A stretch of DNA of 63,170 bases, the filler included, from Folioceros fuciformis (Eukaryota): the NCBI GenBank assembly GCA_049999805.1. It is 11 parts of 11 records of this genome, joined end to end, with 100 filler letters (N's around TTAATTAATTAA, not from the genome) between each part and the next. Parts side by side here need not be neighbours in the genome. Positions count along the whole stretch, not along the records: positions 11,653 to 13,653 come from JBNGIO010002261.1; positions 13,754 to 16,247 come from JBNGIO010002262.1; positions 16,348 to 19,201 come from JBNGIO010002263.1; positions 19,302 to 38,032 come from JBNGIO010002265.1; 7 more parts are not named here. One strand, 5' to 3'. Below are positions 12,183 through 24,588 of the stretch, piece by piece. The notes under the pieces are model-generated. The model made no database searches and was not told where the DNA came from. It saw nothing but the letters and a program-made list of their open reading frames with translations. Each line of letters begins with the position of its first letter. Positions within the stretch are counted from its first letter, which is position 1. The translations under genes and the position numbers were made by a program.

Positions 12183-13111
12183 CAGGCGGCTACTCCTCTT
12201 CTGTTTTCTTTTTCCTTCCCGTGATCAAGGAGCGATCTAGGGGCAAGATCCTAGGGATCTATGAGCTAGAGGAGGCCTAGGTTGCATGCGAGGCTGGCTG
12301 AAGAACGTGGAGGAGGGCTGTGGCCAAAGGGAGTGAAGAGCCGCCTGCCAAGACTCCACCTTTCTTTCTAATTTGCTGATCAAGGGGAGCGGGTTTCAGT
12401 GGGGGTTTTTGCACCCCCCTGATCTACTGAGTTTAGTGTGGAGGGCAGAGTGTGGAGCCAGCGAAGATCCCTCTAGAGACCTGCCCACAAGAGTTGATGG
12501 ATTAGGTTGTGAGGAAGGGGAACGGGGTGCAGATCCTGGTCGTTTTGTGTGCGTTTTCCTTTCTTTCACTCACAGGCAAGGGGCAGGGAGTGAGGCAGGT
12601 GCCTCAATCTCCACGGGCTATGGCTGAGTGTAAAGGAGGGGGTGTGGCTCTTAGCCTCGTATTCTTTCTTTCCCATCCCCCCCATCTTTTTCTTTTCCTT
12701 CTTAGGTGCAAGTGATCTAGCAATTGTAGGGAGGGGTGATGGAGGGTGGTTTGTGAGTTGATGAAGGGGCTGCAAGCAGGGCTATGAGTCACAAGTATGA
12801 GCCTGGATGAAGGAGTCACCAACGTTGAGGTGATTTTCTCTTGGCTGGACGGAAGTGTGGTCAGCAGTGGCAGGACTTGGGGTCAACCAGCGAAACATGA
12901 AGACAAGGAAGGGCATGGGTGAGACAGAGGGACAGGTGGATTCCACCCCCGCCCCTCCAGTGCCAAGGAAGGCCCCCAAGCAGGAGAAGATACAATTTTT
13001 GTGCCTTGCACGACAGAGGGGGAAGAGGAAGATCTAACCGCAAGAGGCAGCCCGAGAGATGTGGAATGCACATCCGACAAACAGGAGATCTTGGGGACAC
13101 TTGACCCCAGG
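12183..13111 (+). mobile_element. Dispersed repeat 'family W' (probable retroelement LTR/leader)
   Basis: Close reverse complement of about 18190-19133 in another contig; degenerate ORFs only. Confidence 0.7.
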
Positions 13112-13653
13112 TGCGAACCTCCAAAGTTTGGGGTAGTGGTTTGTTTTGGTTGAAAAAGGGTTAATAGTGGTATGATATGGTTTGGTTTTCTTTTTCTACC
13201 TATTTTCCCTAATTTTCTTTTATTTTCTGGTCATTTTTCCTATTTTTCCTTGTGCTAATTAGGTCAATAGACTAGTAAATAGTTGGTTTGGTTATTAGAG
13301 TGGGTATAGGTTTGGTCCCAGACCTAGGAAGGTTTAGGTCCGGTACCAAACCATAGGGTTGGGAAAGGTTGAGTCTAGGTCTGGTGATTAGTTCAATATT
13401 AATTAAAGATATATAATATTAAATAATTAAATAATAATAGAATAAATATCAAATAATATCAAATAAATAAGAGGAACCTAGGAACGGGAATATGTGGGGT
13501 ATGGTATGTAGGAGTCTAACGTCAGGCTGGCTGGCCTGAACGGCTAGGAGGCTGTGCCCTAGCTAGGGCTAGAGGCAGGGGTTGCGGCCACCCGCATCCC
13601 CCTCACTTCCTCCCATCCTTTCTCCCTTCCTCCTCCATTCTCCTCTTCTTCTC
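13112..13653 (+). mobile_element. 'Family Z' LTR 5' end inserted into family W
   Basis: Starts TGCGAACCTCCAAAGTTTGGGGTAGT exactly where homology to the contig-5 copy of family W stops. Confidence 0.75.
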
Positions 13654-13753
13654 NNNNNNNNNNNNNNNNNNNNNNNNNNNNNNNNNNNNNNNNNNNNTTA
13701 ATTAATTAANNNNNNNNNNNNNNNNNNNNNNNNNNNNNNNNNNNNNNNNNNNN

Positions 13754-14082
13754 CATTATTATATTATTTTTATTATTTAATATTATTATTTAATCATTTA
13801 ATATTATATAACTTTAATTAATATTAAACTAATCACCCAACCCTATGGCCCGGTACCGAACCTAAACCTTCCCAGGTCTGGGACCAAACCTATACCCACT
13901 CTTATAACCAAACCAACTATTTCCTGGTCAATTAACCTAATTAACACAAAGAAAAATAGGAAAAATGACCAGAAAATCAAGGAAAATTAGGGAAAATAAG
14001 TTGAAAGAGAAAACCAAACCATACCACTATTAACCCTTTTTCAACCAAAACAAACTACTACCCCAAACTTTGGAGGTTCACA
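13754..14082 (-). mobile_element. 'Family Z' LTR 5' end, reverse orientation
   Basis: Reverse complement of TGTGAACCTCCAAAGTTTGGGGTAGT ends at 14082. Confidence 0.75.
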
Positions 14083-14478
14083 CAATGCGGGTGCATCCTC
14101 ACCGGAAATCCATTGAAGAAATTTATGCTTCGTCTGGAGACTCTCTTGGTTCATTCGATCCACCAACACGGCCTGCCAGAATTCTTGCTCTCTGGCAATT
14201 AGTGGCCCACGCCAACGAATATGTTCTCCACCTGGCAACCCAAATTCAAGAATTTCAAGGGAGTGCTAGTTCTGAGAGCGCTGAAGTCACTAAGCCTCCT
14301 CCTCCTCTCCTGTAGATCACTTGAAGCAAAGGAGGAAATAAATGTGGTGGGTGGATTCTAAAGGACGAAGGGTAATACTTTTATTACATAATCTCTTGTG
14401 ATTCTTCTTTCACTCGTACTCTCGGCGTTGTGTCATAACGTATCTTCGGCTTACGCTTTGGTTTAAAATCCACAAGAG

Positions 14479-15559
14479 ATGTCAGGCGCTTCCACCTCTG
14501 GGTCGGGGCTTCTTGGGCCTCCAAGGCCAGGATCAAGACCCCCGTCACCACCCACACTACCTCTAGGTGGGCAAACCATTAACCCACCACCTTCTAGTGG
14601 CCCAGCAGGCAACCCACCACCTCCACCACCAGTTGGTATTCCCCCACTTGAACCTTACTTCAACATCGTTAATATCAATACTGACTTCAAGAAAAAGGAT
14701 AGATTTAACGGTACGAAGTTTGAGGTGTGGTCAAAGCGCATGAAGACTGTGCTCAACACTCGGGATCTTCTCCCCATTGTGGAAGGAACCATTCCCAAGC
14801 CCTCTACTAATCCGGTTGCCATTGATGCTTGGGGTCGTCAAGATCAACAGGCTATGCAGATGTTGATCTCTGGCCTCGACGAGGTTACCTTACATCACAC
14901 GGATGGTGCATCCACATCTGCTGTAGCTTGGAAGCAAATCACTGACATCTATCAGTCCACTAACGTGATGACGCTGGTCACGGTACGCCTGGAATTCTAT
15001 CTTTGCGCATGGGCCCGAATGACATCGTTGCTCAGCACGTTAGCAAGTTTCGATATTTGTGAGCCCAGCTTGCTGCTCTTGGGACAACCATTACCAGATT
15101 TGAAGCTGCTGTTCAGTTATTGGCTAGCCTCCCATCTAGCTACCAGACATTTGTCTCCTCACAAAACCAAACGGTGAGAAATGCACATCAGGCGGTGCAG
15201 TTGGGTATGGTTCCCAACATCACCGTCTCCGAGATCGCTGGAGCACTCCTTCAAGAGGAGTCTGCCAGGTTCAATGTCGGGACCTCCAAACATGGAGGAG
15301 AGAGGGTCATGTTCGTCTCCAAAGGACGGCAATCGCAGCGTAAGAATTCTTATAATAATAACAATTGAAGGAATAACTCCACAGGTACTTCTAAGCCTGC
15401 TTCCTCAGCACCTTCTTCGTCGAAGACACCAAAGTGGCAAGGTACGTGCAATTGGTGCCAGTCCCCAAGTCATTGGGAAAGGGAGTGCAGGAAGAAGCAA
15501 GCTGGTGAGGCCAAGCGCGAACCTCGCACGGCAAATACCGTGGCGGTTTCGACTAAGGC
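14479..15559 (+). pseudogene. Ty1/Copia gag, frameshifted and truncated
   Basis: FNGTKFEVWSKRMKTVL...AWGRQDQQAM (Copia gag/UBN2-type), LASLPSSYQTFV, and zinc knuckle CNWCQSPSHWEREC. Confidence 0.85.
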
Positions 15560-16247
15560 TGTGAACCTCCAAAGTTTGGGGTAGTATTTTGTTTTGGTTG
15601 AAAAAGGGTTAATAGTGGTATGGTTTGGTTTTCTTTTTCTACTTATTTTCCCTAATTTTCCTTGATTTTTTGGTCATTTTTCCTATTTTTCTTTGTGCTA
15701 ATTAGGTTAATTGACCAGGAAATAGTTGGTTTGGTTATAAGAGTGGGTATAGGTTTAGTCCCAGACCAGGGAAGGTTTAGGTTCGGTACCAGGCCATAGG
15801 GTTGGGTGATTAGTCTAATATTAATTAAAGATATATAGTATTAAATGATTAAAATATAATATAATAATATTAAATAATAAAAATAATATAATAATGGTTT
15901 GAACATAGGAACGGGTATCTGGGTATGTCAGTGTCAGGGGTTAGGGTCTGACGATAGGCTGGCTTATTGCTTGGCTGGCATGAACGGCTGTGGAGGCCAT
16001 GCCCTAGCTAGAGCTAGAGGCAGGGGTTGCGGTCGCCCCCATCCCTTTTCCCCCTTCCTCCCTTCCTCCTCCATTCCCTTCTTGCCCCTTTCTCTTCTTC
16101 CTCCCTTCCTTCTCAATCTTCCCTCCCTGTTTCTTCTTTGGATCTGGATTGTAGGCAGGAGAAGGGATCGACGGGTGATGGGAGCGAGTGTGTGCAGGAG
16201 AGGAGATTGACGCGAGCTGCAGGATCCGGCCGATTCCCGGCTAGGCC
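15560..16247 (+). mobile_element. 'Family Z' LTR 5' end interrupting the Copia gag
   Basis: TGTGAACCTCCAAAGTTTGGGG start; similar to 13112-13653. Confidence 0.75.
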
Positions 16248-16347
16248 NNNNNNNNNNNNNNNNNNNNNNNNNNNNNNNNNNNNNNNNNNNNTTAATTAAT
16301 TAANNNNNNNNNNNNNNNNNNNNNNNNNNNNNNNNNNNNNNNNNNNN

Positions 16348-19201
16348 GAGCACGGGGCTCCGGGCCCCCTCAATGCGGGGCCTGCGAGGAGCCACCACAC
16401 CGAGTGGGGTGCAACCCTGCAGTGCGGGCACCAGCCCGCGCCGTGTGAGCGCCAAGCCAGGTGCCGCGCCGGGGGCATGAGGAGAATAGCCTTGTCGTGC
16501 TAGGCGTAGAAAGGTGGTCGTCGCGAGGCATCAGCCGCGGGAGTGTGCCACGCCGTCTGAACCCTAGTGCATGGATTGTAGTGATCGGGACGCTAGGTCG
16601 CCGTGGTGTAGATTATGAGGCGTCAAACCATGTCGGGCCCAGGGTATTCGGCGTCGCACGTTAGTCGACGCCGCAAAGAAGGAAGGTTGTCACGGGGTTC
16701 TATGGCGGTCGGATCTCAAGGAGTGGGGTTCCCTAAGCTCCTTCCTATAGTGGCCACACTTATCCCACTGTCATTAGTATAGAATGGGTTTTGATCCCAC
16801 CAAAGAGTAGCTGGTGTTCCCAATCTGTAGTGTATGAGATGACTTCTCCTAACTCCACAACTTCACAACTCTTACATCCAACTGCTGACCCTCTACTCCT
16901 GACCTTGCGACCCCTAGTCATGACTCGTTTAGCTGCAGACAAATCAAGTCTATCACCCTGACCTGACTACACAACCTCCCACTTCACACTTCTCACGTCT
17001 CACATCCCTCTTCCATCCAAATTACTCTGACCTTGCTATCTTCGGGCAGAGGTACTACTCAAATTCCGACAGACTTGCCACCTGCAAATAGGTCAAGACT
17101 GTCACTCCTATCCTGCCAACGGTTCAGGTCGCCGCTGCTGACCTATGGACAGATTTTCACTCTCTCAGCTTCTATAGCTGTTACTACCTACAGCCCCCTC
17201 ATTTCAAGTACTAAAAACCACAAGTCAGAACCTGCAGGATGAAGCTACAACCAGGTTGCAACCCTCCCCCATTAGATCCTGCCAGCACCACGTCAGAAAC
17301 ACTCACACCAATTACGGCGGATTTGAGGAAACACAACCTTAGGCTCCTTGCCAGGCCTTGAGCACTCTCGGTGCCTTGCAACTCTAAACACTGCAATGAC
17401 CTTCACCTCTACTCCTCTACTTGTTCTCCCCTCCGCGGATCAGAACTCTCCTATGCTACCCCACAGATTGATGGAACCTGCCCTTACCTTCTACCAGACA
17501 CCAAGTCTCCTTGGCTGGCAACACACTAGCAAGACTAGAATGCAAGAATAGTAGGGACAACAACCATGGACACTTGCACCATCAGCCAGCAAACCCCAAC
17601 CTCATCCACATCTACAGCTGCAACTTAGCAACATCTGACCGGAAAGGGAGACGAGGTCTCAACCACATCAATCAGCTGAAACAAGACACATCTGGAGCTC
17701 AAGAAGCAAGAGCTAAAGACTAAAGGGTGGCAAGTGACAAAATGAGTTTAGGGAACTCTCCTAGCCTTACAGGGGATCCCCTCTCCCTTCACGCTCTCTC
17801 TACCCTTAAATCAATACTATAAAAATCAACTAAATTAATGAACCTCTTGGCTCATTGACCTAGGCTTGCCTAGAAAGTGACTCGGTGTCAAAAGTCTTAA
17901 TGGGCCTACCATTTAGGCCCAATCCCCACAAGCCAACATAAACTAAGTCTAAATAGTGGGGTCTGACCCCACTCCTGACAGTCCTCCGCCAGCTGTGTCC
18001 TTGGGAGGGAACCTTCTAATCTTTTGTTGGCTGCAATTATCCTCCTCATCCTCCTGTGTTGTCACCTCGTCCGCTGGTCTCTTCCTCGTGGTTGACTGAG
18101 GTGCAGTTGCTGGGCTGCTCTCCAAAGGCATAGGAGGGAGAGACTCCTCCTATCTTGTAGGCAACACAAGCGACAGATCCACGTGAGCTTCCATCTTGGG
18201 GTCCAGTGTCCCCAAGATCTCCTGTATGTTGGATGTGCGTTCCACATCTGACGGGTTGCCCCTGGCGGTCAGATCTTCCTCTTCATCCTCTTTCCTACAA
18301 GGCATAGAAATTCTATCTTCTCCTACTTGGGGCCTTCCTTGGCACTGGAGGGGTAGGAGTGGAATCCACCTATCCCTCTGTCTCATCCATGCCCTTCCTT
18401 GTCTTCATGTTTTGCTAGTTGAGCCCCAAATCCTGCCACTGCTGACGACACTTCCGTCCGCCCAAGAGCAAATCACCTCAACGTTGCTGACTCCTACAGC
18501 AGGAGTCCACAGCACCCTAAACCCCTCACAACATTGCTTGCAGCTCCTTCGTGAGCTCACAAACCACCCTTCATCACCCCCCCCTTACGATTGCTGAATC
18601 ACCTGCACCTAAGAAGGAAAACAAAAAGGGGGGGGGGGGGGAGAGAAAGAAAGAACAGGAGGCCAAGAGCCACACCCCCTCCTTTATACTCAGCCACAGC
18701 CCGTGGAGATTGAGGCACCTACCTCACTCCCTGCCCCTTGCCTGTGAGTGAAAGAAAGGAAAAAAAACACACAAAAAGACTAGGATCTGCACCTCGTTCC
18801 CCTTTCCCACAGCCTAATCCATCATCTCTTCTAGGCAGCCCTCTAGAGGGAGCTAAGCTGGCTCCATAAGCTGCTCTCCACACTAAACTCAGCAGATCAG
18901 GGGGGTGCAAAAACCCCCACTGAAATCCGCTCCCCTTGATTAGCAAATTAGAGAGTAAGGTGGAGTCTTGGGAGGCGGCTCTTCACTCCCCTTTCTCACA
19001 GCCCAATCCATCGCCTTGCTTTAGCCAGCCTCGCATGCAGCCTAGGCCTCCTCCAGCTCATAGATCCCTAGGATCTTGCCTCTAGTTCGCTCCTTGATCA
19101 CGGAAGGGAAAAAAACAAAAGGAGGAGTGGCCGCCCCATTTCCTCTCCCCCTTGGCAGCCTCACTGCCTCCTGCAACTCACAGATCCCTTCTGCCCGTCC
19201 G
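16348..19201 (-). mobile_element. Repeat-derived contig: family W at about 18190-19133, plus a segment related to about 38900-39270
   Basis: Reverse-complement matches to 12183-13110, and 16752-16769 matches AGTGGGATAAGTGTAGCCACTA near 39236. Confidence 0.55.
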
Positions 19202-19429
19202 NNNNNNNNNNNNNNNNNNNNNNNNNNNNNNNNNNNNNNNNNNNNTTAATTAATTAANNNNNNNNNNNNNNNNNNNNNNNNNNNNNNNNNNNNNNNNNNN
19301 NTCACTCCCACCGTTCTCATCTTGATTCTATGTGCCGCCTTCACTGGGTGAGTTGTTTCGGAAAGGCGGTGAGGAGGTCTTCAGGTTTTCAGGGCTTGGG
19401 ATGCGGCAGAACCTGTGCCGACTGAACCG

Positions 19430-20988
19430 AAGTGTGGTGGATCGTGTTTCCGCGGTTTTGCAGCGTCTACGTCGTGCAAATCCTGTTTCTGGCCGGGTTG
19501 ATGCTCACCTCGGGCGCATTCGCTGCGGCTTTGCAGAACTGCGTTCCCTGTCTCGCCTTTTTAATTGCGGTTGTCTGCGGGTCGGTTGCCTCCCCTTGAC
19601 CGCTGGTTGCAGTCCTGTGCTGTTGTGGCTATGCCAAGCTCGAATGGTGTGAGTGACGGCATGGTTGCCCGTGACGCTGGTGCCCTGCTTTGTCACCGCC
19701 AGGTTCGAGAGAATATACTGGAAGAGGAGAGATGGTCAGTTGAAGTTGGTGGGTGTTATTGTTTGCATCATCGGGAGTATTACCATGGCGTTGTACCAAG
19801 GCCCTGTGGTTCTAGGAACTCCTCCAGAGTCCCACGACGGTAGGGACGGGATGGACCCCACCGATGGGATTATCCAAATGGTTACCAACCAGGTGACTGA
19901 ACTTGGACGTCGACACTTCGGGCTGACGTCGTACCAGATTGGATCACTCCTCTTGTTCTCCTGTACCATCTCTTCAGGTGTTTTCATCAACCTGCAGGTA
20001 CAGCACAAGTTACGGAAGCTATGCCTCGTTGTGTCTGAACTTCCCACGTGCACTTTCAGGTGCAAGGTTAGTTTAACTCACGCACTGGATTACATTGTAG
20101 GCTGCTATCTTGGCAAGGTACCCGTCCCCTGTCACAGCGATATGTATGGTCACTGGATGCGGAGACATCATGCTCGCGATCTCCGGACTCTTCCTCGTGA
20201 AAGACAGGTCTGACTGGCTGCTCACCGAACCAGGGGATTTGATTTCTCTCGTCTACTGCGTAAGTCCGGACTTGTCCTCACTCCCCCTTGTTTCCGAACC
20301 CGGGCAGCCGGAGAAGACACTGACGTCCATCTCCTCTCTGACGCAGGGCACCATAACCTCAGCTCTGGGCTTCGCGTTGTCTACCTGGTGTGTTCAGCGA
20401 GGGGGGCCTTTCCTAGCAACGGCATACATCCCCTTGCAGGCCTTGTTCTCCGCTGTTCTTGGTCTATTCTTCCAAGGAGACGTCATCTACTTGGGCAGGT
20501 TCGTTGCATCTCCCTTCTCCGCACGCCCAACGTGATCGGATATCATTGCCAACTTAACAGCCCCTGAAAGCGTTCCGCACTTGTGATGCGCAGCATATTG
20601 GGTGCCGTGGCCGTCTTGATTGGTCTGTTCGGTGTCACAGTTGGCCAGCAACGCCAGCGCCTAGTGCAGTCGTTGAGCGTGAAGCTCGGGAACATCGACA
20701 TTCCCATCACCCGGAAGCTTCTCATGGAGGTGGATGAGGAAGAAAGGGAAGAAGAACGTGCAAGGCATGTGCAGGAGCCTCTTCTCAGACGACTTCTTTC
20801 CACCACGGAAGAGAACCTCAAGAAAAATCCGCTCACCAGGTACACTTTTCCCCACTCCTTCCGCCTCCACCTCCCCCTCTACTCCTGCCGGCCGGCCTGC
20901 TCACTCCGCTCCGCCCTTCTGGATGTCCACAGATTCTCCAGTTTCCAATACCATTAGGATGGACGAACTCCGCCCGCGTTGTTCTTAG
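19430..20988 (+). CDS. WAT1-related/UMAMIT (nodulin MtN21, EamA) transporter, 5'-partial, multi-exon
   Basis: FAAALQNCVPCLAFLIAV, KLVGVIVCIIGSITMALYQGP, LARYPSPVT, WCVQRGGPFLATAYIPLQ and SILGAVAVLIGLFGV exons with GT-AG introns. The stop is at 20988 (with a final intron) or at 20957. Confidence 0.88.
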
Positions 20989-21493
20989 GTCTGCAGTTTC
21001 GGCACCATTTCCAAACGTCAAGAGCTCGCCCGGAGTCCAAAGGCTGCAAGCTTCTCTCTGTAGCTTGCATTGTTGATTCCTGCGGGTGAGCGCCGGGTTG
21101 CTCTTCCCTCGTTCTCAGAGGACGCGCGGTCTGGATCGACCGTGAGGGTGTTCGTTCCCGACTACGCAGATGACGGTCACAGTGAATGCCTGCAGCTCAG
21201 CCTTCAGCCCTTGAGCAATGTCTTTGTGTACTTATTCCGTTACGGACTAGAATTGCTAGTCTTCTCCTCACCGACAGAAATGTGTGTAAGCCTCTTCAGG
21301 ATTGTGGGCTTCTCAATATTCAATCAATATTCACTTGTACACTGATCAGTCAGTCGCGTTTCGTTCTATTCCATCTACAGCCTAACTGCTACGACTTGAC
21401 GAGCTCGCCCACATTGCCTGTGGGAACGTGCTCGCCGCATTTCCTGTAGTTCCTATTAGGTCAACGCATCAAGGAAAAACTGGAAAGAGAGAT

Positions 21494-21574
21494 CGTCAAC
21501 AGCAGGATTTGAACCTGCGCGGGCGAACCCATCACATTTCGAGTGTGACGCCTTAACCACTCGGCCATATTGAC
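21494..21574 (-). tRNA. tRNA-Ser(CGA): tRNA-Ser(CGA)
   Basis: Minus strand reads GTCAATATGGCCGAGTGGTTAAGGCG TCACA-CTCGAAA-TGTGA, a long variable arm, GCAGG-TTCAAAT-CCTGC and acceptor TGTTGACG. A T5 run follows downstream and the upstream region is AT-rich. Confidence 0.96.
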
Positions 21575-22019
21575 TCAGGATACAGTCGTATAAAACTTTA
21601 TTATAACTATACATTAAATTTCACGGTTAAATCGGGCTCTTGAGAACACGGGACGAAGGCTGTGCAATCAAACTTCATGAAACATTTGTGTTCATTTTGA
21701 AAAAAAATGGAGCAGATGATATCAAGGTTTGACGGCGTGGAGGTGTCTTAACCAGGTGGCCTTCTTTCCCATGACGAAATCCGTCCTTGATGGACTCTAA
21801 TAGAATAGAATTCTTCTTCCACGCTAGTAGTGCACTCTGAAATTTTCCATAAAATGAAAGCGAGAATCACAGCACCAATTCCTGCTTCGCGTCATGAGGA
21901 AGGGAGTAGACCAAAATCCGAGGGAGCAGCACAGACCTGATCCTAAGCTTGCCATCATGCTCCTTAGCCTCGTTGACGAGCGTTGTGGTGATGCCTTCAC
22001 TGTCCTCCAGCACGTCCAG

Positions 22020-22235
22020 CAGGGTTCCGCTGCCGTCATACTTCATGACGAGGCCGTGTGGCTTGCCCACCGGCAGGGTTCCGCTGCCGTCATACTTCAT
22101 GACGAGGCTATGTGGCTTGCCCACCGGCAGGGTTCCGCTGCCGTCATACTTCATGACGAGGCTATGTGGCTTGCCCACCGACAGGGTTCCGCTGCCGTCA
22201 TACTTCATGACGAGGCTGTGTGGCTTGCCCACCGG
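22020..22235 (-). repeat. 54-bp x4 in-frame tandem repeat
   Basis: Encodes LPVGKPHSLVMKYDGSGT four times. Confidence 0.95.
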
Positions 22236-22487
22236 GAGCCTATGGACATATTTGATGGGTATGGGAAGCTTCGAGATGGATGGATGCTCGCAGGCGCAGG
22301 AAGGCGACCAGGAAGCGCGTGTGTCCACGAGACTTGGCGTGGATTGCTACCCAAAAGTGCCCCTCCTAGTTCGGGCGGACGTTGTCAGGGTGCCCGGGCT
22401 GGCGCGAGCAGGTTGGCGAACACCTTGGCCATTGCGGCCTTGCAACCCTTGAGCCAGTACTTCAAGAGCCTGCAAGAGTCGGAGGGG

Positions 22488-22622
22488 TGTTAGAAACACA
22501 ATATCCCAGATAAGCTCCAAGTAAGAGACTCAGTTCAGTGCATTTAGAGCAATAGCCTATGCTTACATATATAGTCCTAGATGTGGTGCACACAAACTTT
22601 AAACAATATGGGTTTTCTAACA
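22488..22622 (-). repeat. Copia 3' LTR (135 bp)
   Basis: TGTTAGAAA...TTTCTAACA with terminal inverted repeats, preceded by a purine tract (GAGTAGGAG); matches 24253-24387 in inverted orientation. Confidence 0.9.
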
Positions 22623-22661
22623 CTCCTACTCAACACGTCTATCACTTATCCTATACATGAC

Positions 22662-24150
22662 TTACTCGGTAAACCCTAGCATCTTGCTAAACTTCATATG
22701 CTTCTCTAAAGCTAAACCTTTCGTAAGAATGTCTTCAGGCATGTCTTGTATAGGACAATAAACTAAAACTATTTCCTTTGACTGGACTTTCTCCCTGATG
22801 AAGTGATGCTTAACTTTGATGTGCTTAGTCCTTGCATGGAAAATAGCACTTTTAGCCAGATAAATACAGCCCTGATTGTCGTTGAAGATGGACGTTGCAC
22901 CTTGCTGCTTGAACCCCATTTCTTCGAGCAATCGCCTGAGCCATATAGCTTCCACAGGCTCTATAGAGGATAACACCACTGTAGGCTGACGTCTGCTACT
23001 CCATGAAATGTCTCCTCCGAATAGCACAAAGGCATACCCTGTGGTAGACCTGCGAGTATCGACATCTCCTGCCCAATTTGCGTCACAAAATCCCACATTA
23101 CTGGCTTCTTTGTCTTCCTTCTTTCGGCAAGTCAACATCCAATGTTTTGTGCCCTGCAAGTATCTAAGTATTCTCTTCATGGCTTGATAGTGTTGTGGTT
23201 GGGGTTTGACCAAGAATTGGCTCGCAACTCCCACTGCCTCTGTAATGTCGGGCCTAGTGCTTGTCGCCAAGTAAGTAAGGCAACCAACAACACACTAGTA
23301 GAGATGCTTATCTACCTGTTCCTTCACATTGGGATCCTCTACTTGCGATAACTTCTCATTGCGGATCATTGGCATCTGCGTTAGTTTGCAATCTAGCATC
23401 CCAAATTGTTCTAGTATAGTCTACACATACATTTGCTAACTTAGAGAGATTTCCCTATTGGTCCTATCTCTATCAACCTTATACCTAGAAAATGATGTAG
23501 CTCCCCAAGGTCTCGTACAGCAAAGCTTTCGCTAAGCCCTCGCTTTGCAGAGGCCAAAAGTTTCTAATCATCGCTGACAATGACTAAATCATCCGCATAC
23601 ATAACAATGATAATAAAAGAAGCTCCCACTCGCTTCACATAAATATTTCAATCTGCATTACTCTTCTTAAAACCTCTAGACTGGAAATGATCATCAATTT
23701 TACGATACCAGGTAAGACCATAAATTGCCTTTTGTAACTTACATACCTTGCCCTCACGTCCATGCTGCTGTCAACCTTCCCCTTCATCTTGAAAGTCCAC
23801 CTCGATCCTATGCATTTTCTTCCAAGAGGTAGGGGGGTAATAATCCACGTTTTGTTGGTGATGAGGGAGTTGTATTCACTAGTGAGTCCACTGCGACTCT
23901 CCATTCTTTTGCCTTTGGGCTTTGAATGCCTCCTTCAGGCAGTAGGGTTCTCCAACATTTGCAAAACACACCTCCTCACATCTATTGATGGAGTTGATAA
24001 GCCTCTGAGAAGGCTTACGCAACTTGGTGGATCTACGTAATTCCGGTTGCGGTGCTATAACAGGATAGTATGCTACTTCTTCAGAACCATCGGGAGTTTC
24101 ACTCCTGCCCCCTCGATGTCGCAATCTTCATTTGCGATTGAGGGTAAGGC
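22662..24150 (-). pseudogene. Copia RT/RNase H, degenerate
   Basis: EYNSLITNKTWIITPLPLGRKCIGSRW, TRPDI, GFCDANWAGDVDTRRSTTGY and FHARTKHI. Confidence 0.92.
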
Positions 24151-24252
24151 TCTTCATTCCTCATCGTGGCCGAAACCTCAACCAGCAGGTACACCTAGAC
24201 CCCTCTCATTTGCTCTGCACTGTCTCCCAACCTCCACTCTCCTCCTCCTCCC

Positions 24253-24400
24253 TTTTAGAAAACTCATGTTGTTTAGAGTTTTTGTGCACCATATCTAGGA
24301 CTATATATGTAAGCATAGGCTATTGCTCTAAATGCTCTAAATTGAGGCTCTTACTTGGAGCTTATCTGGGATATTGTGTTTCTAACATAGTATCAGAGCC
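24253..24400 (+). repeat. Copia 5' LTR (24253-24387) and PBS
   Basis: Copy of the 135-bp LTR followed by TAGTATCAGAGCC, a Met-tRNA PBS with one mismatch to TGGTATCAGAGC. Confidence 0.9.
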
Positions 24401-24588
24401 CATGTTTTAAGTCCCAACTTCCTTGGTTCACGAGCCGCTGGCACTGACTTATGCAGGACTATCTTTGCTTCCTTTGCATTGTGTACAGGGCCACGCAGAC
24501 TACGTGTCTGTTGTAAGACCTTGTGCAAGTTAGTGAAGCTTGGCGATAGTGCAGGGAAGTCATCCTGTTCGGCTGCAAAGGACAGGAA

